Shown: positions 54,001 through 64,000 of the stretch, in pieces
Layout of the letters: every line of letters starts with the position of its first letter
Position numbering within the stretch: position 1 is the first letter of the stretch
Position numbers and translations under genes: made by a program
Notes under the pieces: model-generated
What the model was told of the DNA's origin: nothing
Databases searched by the model: none
Seen by the model: the letters and a program-made list of their open reading frames with translations, nothing else
Assembly (NCBI RefSeq): GCF_964204645.1
Contig: NC_134033.1
Coordinates: 11,912,655 to 11,976,654, forward strand
Reading direction: 5' to 3'
DNA from: Tubulanus polymorphus
Taxonomy: Eukaryota > Animalia > Nemertea
DNA: 64,000 nucleotides

Positions 54001-54165
54001 AAACGAAAAACATTTCATCCACGACTGAATTACACGTCAGATAAAAGAACCGGCAACATTGTTGCCAAGCAACTGGTTATAATTCATAGCGGTGACTTTT
54101 CCGTTCTGTTCATCGCTGTAAGTGTCGTCGTAGCCATGACTCCCTTCATTCTGTTTGTCCACTTT

Positions 54166-54562
54166 AACACCTCACCTTCTCTCACTCTCTCGCTTACTAC
54201 AGGGTTCATAACACCTCACGTTCTCTCACTCTCTCGCTTACTACAGGGTTCATAACACCTCACGTTCTCTCACTCTCTCGCTTCCTACAGGGTTCATAAC
54301 ACCTCACGTTCTCTCACTCTCTCGCTTCCTACAGGGTTCATAACACCTCACGTTCTCTCGCTCTCTCGCTTCCCACAGGGTTCATAACACCTCACGTTCT
54401 CTCACTCTCTCGCTTCCTACAGGGTTCATAACACCTCACGTTCTCTCACTCTCTCGCTTACTACAGGGTTCATAACACCTCACGTTCTCTCACTCTCTCG
54501 CTTCCTACAGGGTTCATAATACCTCACGTTCTCTCACTCTCTCACTTCCTACAGGGTTCATA
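54166..54562. repeat. 44-bp pyrimidine-rich minisatellite, ~9 copies
   Basis: Unit acacctcacgttctctcactctctcgcttcctacagggttcata. Confidence 0.95.
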
Positions 54563-55532
54563 ATGTCCTGATATTTTTACCATGTTTCCCCGTGTATGGT
54601 GTTTATATTTTGCGATAATACTTGTATATTAATCTGTATTTTTGTTTTATAGTTTTATATTTTTCTCTATCCGTATTAAGAGTTGATTACGTTTCCAATA
54701 CCTGTTCATTCTCTATTATCAAAATAGACAAAGATTTATGTAATATATGTATCTTTTTGCATAAGTTACAAGAAGGTGAAACGTTCATGCTGACTAAAGT
54801 TTGAATTTATTGGCGTCACTGTTGATAACTGCCGTTATTCACTGTGGTAGCTACTTTGAAATTATTTTCACTGCTAAATATAGGTAGCATTAAACTGTTT
54901 TTGCTATTCCAATGAGCTGGTCAGACAAAAAAAACCGAAATGTACTGGGAAGATATGTGGTCCTCTGAGAAAACTTTGAAACTCTGGCTTGTTTTCATAC
55001 CACTGCGACATACTTGAGATATATTTAGCAACTAATTTGTTATGACTATCATCTCATTTCATAATTGATAATATTCTCTGCTATTCAAAGCCTTGAAGAC
55101 AACTGCTTTTGATTTCTGTTCTTCCTCTGTCTGTCTTTTCTCTGCCTCTCACACTCGCTGGCTCCATCTCTTATCTCTCTTGTCGTCCCTGCCTACTCTC
55201 ACTGTCCTCTCCATCTCCCTCTATCATTCACGTCCTGGTCGCACTGCTACAGATTATGGTTACTGCGAGTCTGCTTAAGCAACTGGTATTGTATTTTTCA
55301 GTAATACTGATAGATGGCATCAGTGAGCTATGCGATTGTCAATATTCAGGACGCATTGCAACAGTTTAATCAAATACACATATCATGTAGAATATTCACG
55401 TATAACAACCATGTTAACACAGGGACGGATGAAGACTGTTACAGCTTGACCACAATCTACCCACTACCAAATTCATGGATTGAGTTGAAAATGCTTGTTG
55501 AGCTCAGGAACTAGAAAATCAGGACTGCATCA

Positions 55533-55646
55533 CCAGTCACTCAAAAGTTGGTTGAAGATAAACAGCGGATGAATACCATAGTAACAATGAACTTCTAATT
55601 GTCACTATGTCAACTGGTTGACGTTAACCAACTTTTGAGCAACTGG
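55533..55646. mobile_element. Small MITE with ~21-bp inverted repeats
   Basis: ccagtcactcaaaagttggtt ... aaccaacttttgagcaactgg. Confidence 0.55.
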
Positions 55647-56389
55647 TCCCAGGTGTTATATCTCCCTATGCATGACTGATGCAAGTTATATAGGCCGAGG
55701 GCGGGTAATAATACCAAACTCGATAGCATTATCAACATTATCATAAGCCGGTCTGAAACTACCGAATGGAAAAAGCCTGACCACTGACCATTGTTTATAA
55801 CCTGTTCACGTCGACCCGACGAAAATTCATCACTTTTTATGACCGTTCGATAAAAACCGTCTTAATTAGGCGCGTAACCGGTCGGTGAATACAAAGTCAG
55901 CAGCGACCGGAGATAATTTATCGGGGACAACAACCGATAACAAACTGTAATACGCGAGGACAGCCGCATGATTGAAACACGTAATTGACAAAACGTCAGC
56001 GATTTCCCCTCTCGGCGACTTGATTGATTAATTTCTTACCCAGCGGAGAAGACCGAAGAAAGACGACTGACCAACGTTGAAAATATCGGAAAGAGGAGGA
56101 ACGTCGTCGGTGGCGTCTGCGAGCCCCACGCTGCTGGGAATGAACCGCTGCCGCCACTAAGCGATTAACCAGAGTAAAATGGTTTGCCACCGAGAAAGAT
56201 TCCTGATTGAATATTTCCGGGAAGACACAGGATATATCGGTAATAGATATATATTCTCGAAATGCTTCCTGCATCGATAACAAATTCAGTCCTATATCAA
56301 ACAGCAGTCGCCCATTCATTATGGAGATGTTGTGTATGTCATAGTTGGTTTGGCAACCAGCAGTATACATAACAATCAACTCCTTTCAG

Positions 56390-56602
56390 TATATCTACAC
56401 CGCAGTGCAGTGTATAATAGTATATCAACACCGCAGTGCAGTGTATAACAGTGCATCTACACCACAGTGTAGTTTATAACAGTACATCTACACCGCAGTG
56501 CAGTGTTTAACAGTGTATCTTCACCGCAGTGCAACCTATAACAGTACATCAACACCGCAGTGCAGTTTATAACAGTGTATATACACCACAGTGCAATGTA
56601 TA
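56390..56602. repeat. ~31-bp tandem repeat expanded from piggyBac-like MITE subterminal motif
   Basis: acaccgcagtgcagtgtataacagt units follow a ctcctttcagt MITE-like end. Confidence 0.8.
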
Positions 56603-57159
56603 AATTGGTGATGGACTTTGCTAACTAATGATCATTCTATGTCAGCTAACAAGTTTGGCAAGGATTTAACAAGTTTGGCCATATTCCAGTCATTCCCTGC
56701 CTCAATATTCCTTAAGTTATTTCCATTCGAGATATTGGTTTTTGCCATGAAGGCGACACATTTTTCATTACCTTGAAGAGCGCGAAATCTTTATAAATAT
56801 GCCATTCGTTCATTTCCTCGGGGCACAGTTGACAAATTGACTCAATACAGAGCAGTCGATCTTATGCTAACAGTGTGCGCCAGATAAAATGGTTAGTTAA
56901 ACTAATTCAGCGTCGACATTAGCTCCGTTATTCAATTACTATTTAGCTCAGAGGTAAACATAACATTCATAGTATCTATTGGTCAATCACGACAAATCAG
57001 TCCATTTGCTCCTTAAGGCTATATTTTCTTTGCTCATTGGTGACAGTCTGTCCATATGCTTCTAAGGGATTCCTAAGCGCCTGTTAGCTCTTCTGCTCAC
57101 AATGAGCAAATGTTGAAATGTAGCGAAATATTGCCATAACAAGCAACATTTCCTTTTAA

Positions 57160-57448
57160 CCCTTTCAGTGCATCTACACCGCAGTGCGGTGTATAAATCA
57201 GTGATAGATTTTGCTAGTACACCCCACTGTGTGACAGATAGACTTGGGTTACTCGGTGTATTGATGTAATTAGTAATTATCTCTCTTGAAAAATGGCAGC
57301 ACCTGTCTAACATAATGAAATACTAGTAACTAACGATATACCGTGCCGCGGTGTAGATCCCCGTTATTAAACACACTAGGGTAGAATTTTTTTAAATTGT
57401 CGAATTATCTCTAACACTATAGGGTATTAACTAGTCCGCACTGAAAAG
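57160..57448. mobile_element. piggyBac-like MITE, same family as 5042-5226
   Basis: TTAA|ccctttcagtgc ... gcactgaaaag|TTAA. Shares acaccgcagtgcggtgta and taattactaat internal motifs. Confidence 0.72.
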
Positions 57449-57755
57449 TTAAGGGGACTTTCAGGCAAAAAAAAAACAAAATCAGACTCAAAAAATTATA
57501 TTTTTCGAATACACTTTTATATCCAAGTTGGATATCAAGTGGGGTCCAAAATTAGGTCTTACTTGAGCGGAGTATTTTGTACCGGTACATATGCATAAAA
57601 TGATTGCGTATAAAAACAACTAGACCTAAACATATAACTGATGAAGTGTTTAGTAAGAGCAGCTCGTAGTGTAAAGAACTCGTAACTCGGAGACCAATCT
57701 CGAGTTCTCCTCGTCCAGTGACACTCGTGTAGCCACGGAATGTTTTCATACTTAC

Positions 57756-57874
57756 ATCAAGTAACGCGTGAAGTTGCGTATCTTCGAAGACGCTTTGTAA
57801 AAAGTCGACGTCCTTGTCGGTGCCGTCTGTCAGACACTGGATTTCTTCCAGACTGTCCAATACTTGACTTACAG
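57756..57874 (-). CDS. CASK: CASK/LIN-2 internal coding exon, N-terminal part of first L27 domain (119 nt, phase 1 to phase 0)
   Basis: Translates (A)[39 protein letters not shown], closely matching recalled human [44 protein letters not shown]. Flanked by ttttcag acceptor (plus ct 57875-57876) and GTAAG donor (plus cttac 57751-57755). Confidence 0.95.
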
Positions 57875-57974
57875 CTGAAAATATACAATTGAAACGTTTA
57901 CGAGGACATTCCTAACGGAAGTAGAGTGAGTAGTACGATAAAATATGATTTTCAAGTAGTCACAGAACTTCAAG

Positions 57975-58270
57975 GGTCATCAATGGGATATCGGTAGGAC
58001 ATCAATGGGACATCAACTGTAGAACAATGGGACATCAACTATAGAACAATGGGACATCAATTGTAGAACAATGGGACATCAATTTTAGAACACTGGGACA
58101 TCAATTGTAGAACACTGGGACATCAATTGTTAAAGAAAGGGTTATCAATGGTAAAACCTTGGGACATCAATGGGAGAACGATGAGAATGGAGAAAACTGG
58201 GACATCAACAGGAGTCAATGGGACATCAATGGGAAATCAGTGGTTACAAAAATAGGTTGGATATCAATGG
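57975..58270. repeat. 22-bp tandem repeat (gggacatcaattgtagaacaat) with degenerate flanks
   Basis: gggacatcaa at 58029, 58051, 58073 and onward. Confidence 0.85.
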
Positions 58271-59241
58271 AGATCGATAAAACATCAGTGACAGTGAATA
58301 TTAGCAATCGCAAAACAATGGCATATCAACAAAAGATCAATGGATTCATGAAAAGATTTAAAAGAAAATTGCTTATAAAAGATTTGTTCCATTTCTCACA
58401 AAAAAGGCACTTGGTTTCTCGACTCGATACCATCGGGATCTACCCCTGGTTTTATGATTGACACAGTATAGTAGTAGATATATCATTCATGTTCAGTTCG
58501 AGATTTCAGATTATGATATACATGATTAAGCAATGATATCTCTATCTATAATGTATCCGATATCGAATTTCCCAGTTATGTAACAGTGAATGTAATGTGT
58601 GTGTGTGTACACTTGAAGAAGATGTAACTCTTCAATTCATCTATTGATTAACGATTTCTGCCTCAGATCTCGACTCAATCTGACACTCGACTCGGATGTA
58701 GTCTTAAAACATCGCTTGCACAAATACAGCGTATCCCTTATAGAGAAACTTTTCACATGCTTCGTTCTGGCGCTGTACGGCACTTCAAAATGCCATTTTA
58801 GAATTTTGTAAGATGATACACGACCGAGATTGAATAAGTTAAAAATGTCGATGACTTGATTGCGACGGGCAAATCTCACGAAGTTACGAGATCATCAGCA
58901 CTTCAATTTCATCTTTATTACCAATAACATACAGTTAACTCATCCTTACTTTAATCAATGATGCTCGTTTACGATAACGTGGTAGGTGAGGATCCACCAG
59001 GTTCACTAATGGGAACTTGGTTGCATTAAATTTCTTCCATGCTTTAATTAAAATTGAACAATTTTTCTTTGAAGTAGATTGATTGCGTGAAAATTATACC
59101 AAACAATGAATAGGAAAGTCGATCATTTTGAAGATTCGCGAGCCAAAGTTGATCGGAAATGAACTCATTTTAAAAACTGTTCATAAAACTGACAATACCT
59201 AATTCCATTTTCAGGTTGGAACGGGTTAACTGGATCATTAC

Positions 59242-59250
59242 CTACGAAAT
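59242..59250 (-). CDS. Candidate 9-nt symmetric phase-1 CASK microexon
   Basis: Long AG-free pyrimidine tract ...tctgtttcatcttag|ATTTCGTAG|gtaatg. Phase 1-1 is compatible with the downstream CT-starting exon. Confidence 0.35.
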   Translation of the reverse strand: MS

Positions 59251-60424
59251 CTAAGATGAAACAGATGACAGATAGAAACGGTGATAATGATCGATGATTA
59301 AAATTAATATTTGCAGAATCTTGAAACGGATGATGAATATGAATTGCATATCATATATCAAAGTAGGTAGAGAGTAGGGGTGGCGAGGTACACTTGTGTT
59401 GTCAGTACGTGCACATACGAATAATTACTGTTCTAATTGACCCGTTCATGATTCATCAAGAACCCGATGATCAAACATATCATTTGAAGAGGATGTGCTT
59501 ATCATAAACCACTTCGAAGATTTTTGTATAATAATCAGTGGTCTCCACTGCCAGCAGCATACAGAGATCATGTAAAGCAGGCATGGGGCGACCTACTGAA
59601 TGTTGGGAACTCATTTCGAAGCAACCACCAGCCTGTCAAGCTACACATCATTGCGACTACCATCATTCAAGTTCAAGTTGTTAGTTGTCAGTTGACTGCC
59701 ATCGGTGTCAGTCGCAATGAATCGCACATGTTCTACTTTCTGCAATGCTACATGAACGTCTCTCCCAGCTGAAACACATGTGCAATACTCTTGCATCTTA
59801 CAGAGACTAGTCGCATATCATTGCTACTGATCACATTACAAGCTAGACAACAATTTGCGACCAGTTGTAATGGATTGTGTTTGGTTACAGGTCGACATAT
59901 ATGAGAGGCCGGGTCCAGCAAAATATCAAATTTGGCAAAATCAGCCCTTTCTTGGAAGCACACTGTCTTTTCCTATTTTGTCAGATTGCCAACTCGACCG
60001 ATAAATTGACCCAATGATCCAGGAATATCAGGATAGTGTGGAGTGACCTTAACCTGAGCTCAGTCATCTCCACGTGACCATGGCTTATGAATTTCTTGTC
60101 ATCATTCAAAAGATTCTCCTCGATTCCAGGAACATAGATCATCCATCGATCTTTATGATCTTATGATCATAAGAAATCATGGTGAGCTTTGATTTATCAG
60201 ACAGTCTATGATTCAGAAACCCAGACGGTATAATGGGACAATACCTCATGAACAAGCGTGATTATCATATCAATGTCGTAGATACTTCCAATAAACCATG
60301 CGATTACAAGACTAATCTTAAAGGTTTTATCTCATTTCAGACGCGAGTATTTGACCGATAGATCCAACTGAAATATTTCAAAATTCGTACATCTGCTTGT
60401 GGATTTCAAAACTTAAGTCCAGGA

Positions 60425-60497
60425 CCCGGTTTAATAGACTGGTATTACCTTTAACCCAGCCCCTGGGTTAAAGGTAATACCAGTCTATAAAACCGGG
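60425..60497. repeat. Near-perfect palindrome: 35-bp arms, 3-nt loop, 1 mismatch
   Basis: cccggtttaatagactggtattacctttaacccag-ccc-ctgggttaaaggtaataccagtctataaaaccggg. Confidence 0.9.
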
Positions 60498-62519
60498 CCC
60501 AGGGAAAATTAATTGAAAATTTTCTAAACTGTTCATCGAAGTTTCTAGTTATCAAGACTAAACAAACTTTTAAATCAACCTTCAGATCCATCCTTAAACC
60601 TTTAATATACCTTCTTAACATCGCCTAGCCATCGACTCATGTCAATAGTTATTAGCTGATATAGAAAAATCCCCGAGACGCTGCTGCCCTTTTATGATTG
60701 TAATGCGTGTTATTGGTGGTGGCCTTTGATTCCAGTGATCACGACTAAAGCCATCCCGGAGACCAGACTGTAAGCAGCAAAATCAAAAGAGCAATTCGTG
60801 ACATTTTGTTCACAAGAGCCTTAATAGAATTTCTAGTCATGATATTAATATCATTAACCGATGTATTCAACGCTGTTGCGCGAAGCCCCTGAAGCCTGTA
60901 ATGACCTTTTTGCTTATGTTCAGCGAAAATATATCCGAACAATGTCTTCCCATGATACGCAGATGGTATCCATCTTGAATTCTTAATCATCATAATCGTG
61001 TTCACCATCGTGTTCAAGAACGCTAGATCAATGATAGGGTTTGGACCTCTTGCTCATCCGACTGACAATACAAGCTTCGGCAAAAGATCCTTCATGATTT
61101 TCAGGCTCTGATGCATTACGGAAAATTTCAAGATGGCTGCCATATTCGAAATCATCCACCATAATATCTAATAGGGAAAGACCTTTCGTTTGTCCCAAAA
61201 CATTATCCAAGCTTGAGGAAAATAACTTAAGATATGCGCTTGTATGATTCTAACAACAAATTCTAACAACAAATTCAGCTACGCCATCTGGTGACATACA
61301 GGGTCCTCATCAAACTTTTGGAAGTGGAATGATGTGCAATTGTTGCGATTTTGCTATGGTCCTCAAGGCAACCTTCAAGGCAGCCCAAAAACAACTCAAT
61401 CAAGCACTGATTCAACCAGACAGTTCGGAAGACGGAGACCTTTTTGGTAAAAGTTTCCTAGATGGCAGGCAGTATTGGCGGAAGAAAATTAATTAGACAA
61501 TCAACGAGCCTTGAAATTGCAATTATATGGCGTAGAGTATAATTTAAGTTGACAACAGGCATTCAGCATAGTGCTCGCTGCAAATAACTCATGGCTCATC
61601 CCATTACGAGAAACAACTGTCTGATATAATTTGAAGCAAAAAACCCACAACATAGGGAAACAACAAAATGAGCATTTCCTGACGTTTCGACGGAACACTA
61701 TGGGCCACCACACAACTGTTTTGATTGTCACGCTTAAGAATATGATGTAACTAGTAGCAACTAAACCGAATACGTGCACACATCAGTAACGAGTTTTAAG
61801 CCTAGCGCACATAGCTGAAATTACTGTGCAAAAACCATTAATCTCACTAGTTTTGTGACCATGTGCGTGGGATACTCCACAACAAGAAACATCATTTGAC
61901 TTGTGAAAATTCTCATGAAATTGCCATACACATGTTTAGTTAAGTGATATTTCTTGTTTTGGGACACCCCGTACACATGGTCATAAAAAGTGATTTTGCA
62001 CCTTCAATGGGGCTGTATTGACCAGGTATGATCTGGTGAACAAAGCATTGAACACCCAACATCAGATGATAATACATGGTATTCTATCAAAATGATGAAA
62101 TAGGACCGATCTTTGTCAAGACGTAGATTTGGTAGACGAGGAAAGTGTAGAAAGCATCGCGTCATCCGAATATCTTCCGTGATATTCGCTAAAAGCTGTA
62201 GCGGTTTCTAAAAAGTATGAAGAATTCTGTCCAGTAACTCGAGTATAAAATGACAGTAACTGGAAAAAGCCATATCCTACTGTTTACTGTTTACTGTTTT
62301 CTCAAAAGAAACAAGAGTTAATCTCCCACGTTTATCAGAGGCATACTTGGAAAAATGCAGTTTTATGATGCTGACTGCATGATCAAAACCATCAAATGTG
62401 TTTTTTTTGCATGATGATGTTGATTCAGGTATGAAGAAACACGATACATCAAAATACAACAGGGACGTTTCCAGATACCAGGTCACGTATAGGAGTGGTC
62501 AAAGTGAACTGCGTACTGC

Positions 62520-63200
62520 GTGGTTAAGTGGTAAATGAGTTTGAGTCTGGGATACTAGGTCAGGCATATGGATGGTGCTGGTGTGTGGTTTGAAGACACG
62601 TGGTGTATGGTATAGTTAAGCGGTAAATGAGTTTGAATCTGGGATGCTGTAGTTAAGTGGTAAATGAGTTTGAATCTGGGATACCAGGTCAGGCATATGG
62701 ATGGTGCTGGTGCGTGGTTTGAAGATAAGTGGTGTATGGTAGAGTTAAGCGGTAAATGAGTTTGAATCTGGGATGCTGTAGTTAAGTAGTAAATGAGTTT
62801 GAATCTTGGATACCAGGTCAGGCATATGGATGGTGCTGGTGTGTGGCTTGAAGACAAGTGGTGTATGGTATAGTTAAGTGGTAAATGAGTTTGAATCTGG
62901 GATGCTGTAGTGATGTGGTAAATGAGTTTGAATCTGGAATACAAGGTCAGGCATATGGATGGTGCTGGTGTGTGGTTTGAAGACAAGTGATGTATGGTAG
63001 AGTTAAGTGGTAAATGAGTTTGAATCTGGGATGCTGTAGTTAAGTGGTAAATGAGTTTGAATCTGGGATACCAGGTCAGGCATATGGATGGTGCTGGTGT
63101 GTGGTTTGAAGACAAGTGGTGTATGGTATAGTTAAGTGGTAAATGAGTTTGAATCTGGGATACCAGGTCATGCATATGGATGGTGCTGATGAGTGGTTTG
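62520..63200. repeat. 129-bp minisatellite (~5 copies) with internal 31-bp duplication
   Basis: ggcatatgga recurs at 62563, 62692, 62821 and onward. Each unit has two gttaagtggtaaatgagtttgaatctgggat blocks. It gives the 43-aa periodic ORF 62555-63175. Confidence 0.93.
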
Positions 63201-64000
63201 AGTGTTTGACTGTGGTATGTAAGTTGTATGGACGAGTAGTGAATGTGAGTGGGGATATCAGGTCGTGTAGAAATGGCATTGATGAGTGGTTTGAATGCTT
63301 CGCTCTGGAATATCAGGTAGATGTGTAGGATTGGTATGGGCGAGTGATAACCGTTTGAAACCGAGACGCCAAGTCATGGAGGAGTAATATAGATGCTACC
63401 GGGTAAGACTTATCCATATTATCATTCTCCGACCTGAGGCAAATAGGTAAACAAAAGACGACCCTTGAGATCGTGATCATCGTAGCTCTGATGTTACTTC
63501 CCCCCATGGTGAGATTATTGATTGATACACAGTCAGATATATAGTGAGATGCAAAACGATTTAGACGAAAACTCAAAAAACAAAAAAAAACGTTAAATCG
63601 TAATCCATTTGAACGCACCGAAACAAGTCTCTTTAATAGTATGATGGATAGGCAACTGAAATGAGCTTAGACTAGTCTTAAATCAGCTGCCAGACGTAAT
63701 AGCTAACTAACCTCTTGTATATGCCGTCAGTTGAGACTCTTACACTGACAAAAACCTGATTAGATGAGAAAATATACAACGCCAGCAGTCGACGACGGCT
63801 GAGACCAATTGTAAATAAGTAACCGATAATGACTGGCATTAAACATTGAATAATGTGATACACCTGACATCTCTGACAGCCGTGTATAGCTGCAGTGTGT
63901 ACGGGTTTGAACTATTGTTAAATCCCGTTATAATGCCATTGTTGACAACACGAACATGACAAAATCTTAAAAAATTGGCGTCGTAAAGAATGGCATTTTC

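Larger units (their letters stand above)
12394..57755 (-). other. CASK: 45,362-bp phase-0 CASK intron interrupting the first L27 domain
   Basis: GTAAG...TTTCAG boundaries between exons whose peptides (HALLD / LYDRI) are contiguous in known CASK proteins. Confidence 0.88.

Noticed and set aside
57552-57860. 102-aa ORF as a standalone gene
   Set aside because: Only 57756-57874 is CASK exon; the rest is read-through into the intron past the GTAAG donor.
60745-61210. Two consecutive minus-strand ORFs that could be a decayed gene or the upstream CASK exon
   Set aside because: No recognisable homology, and no match to the expected KGAVLAAVSS region of CASK.
62555-63175. 206-aa repetitive ORF
   Set aside because: Translation of the 129-bp satellite, with no protein-like features.

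Overview
This is AT-rich animal (invertebrate, probably lophotrochozoan) genomic DNA, not prokaryotic. Nearly the whole window is intronic sequence of a minus-strand CASK/LIN-2 MAGUK gene. Three short coding exons encode the L27 region and join in frame with canonical GT-AG sites: 57756-57874 ([12 protein letters not shown]...HALLD), 12316-12393 (LYDRINTK...SKAKE) and 11721-11798 (ILEYY...LTQPHFM). The first two are separated by a 45,362-bp phase-0 intron. An intronless FMRFamide-receptor-like class A GPCR (5337-6359, minus) lies in the next CASK intron on the same strand. Its frame stays open 93 codons upstream through a Thr-rich repeat until an in-frame ATG-AAA-TTC-TAA. The most interesting pattern is inside the giant intron: several CpG-rich ATG-initiated minus-strand ORFs end exactly at phase-0 splice donors (47117-47242, 36311-36496, 34822-34893, 12483-12827). 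This suggests an array of alternative first exons that would give CaMK-less CASK isoforms different N-termini; it is an inference that needs transcript data. Also present are candidate micro/cassette exons, a candidate recursive splice site, PIF/Harbinger, piggyBac-like and hAT-like MITEs, tRNA/SINE-derived minisatellites, other tandem repeats and a 334-bp homopurine tract. Most ORF-track entries are spurious or derived from repeats.
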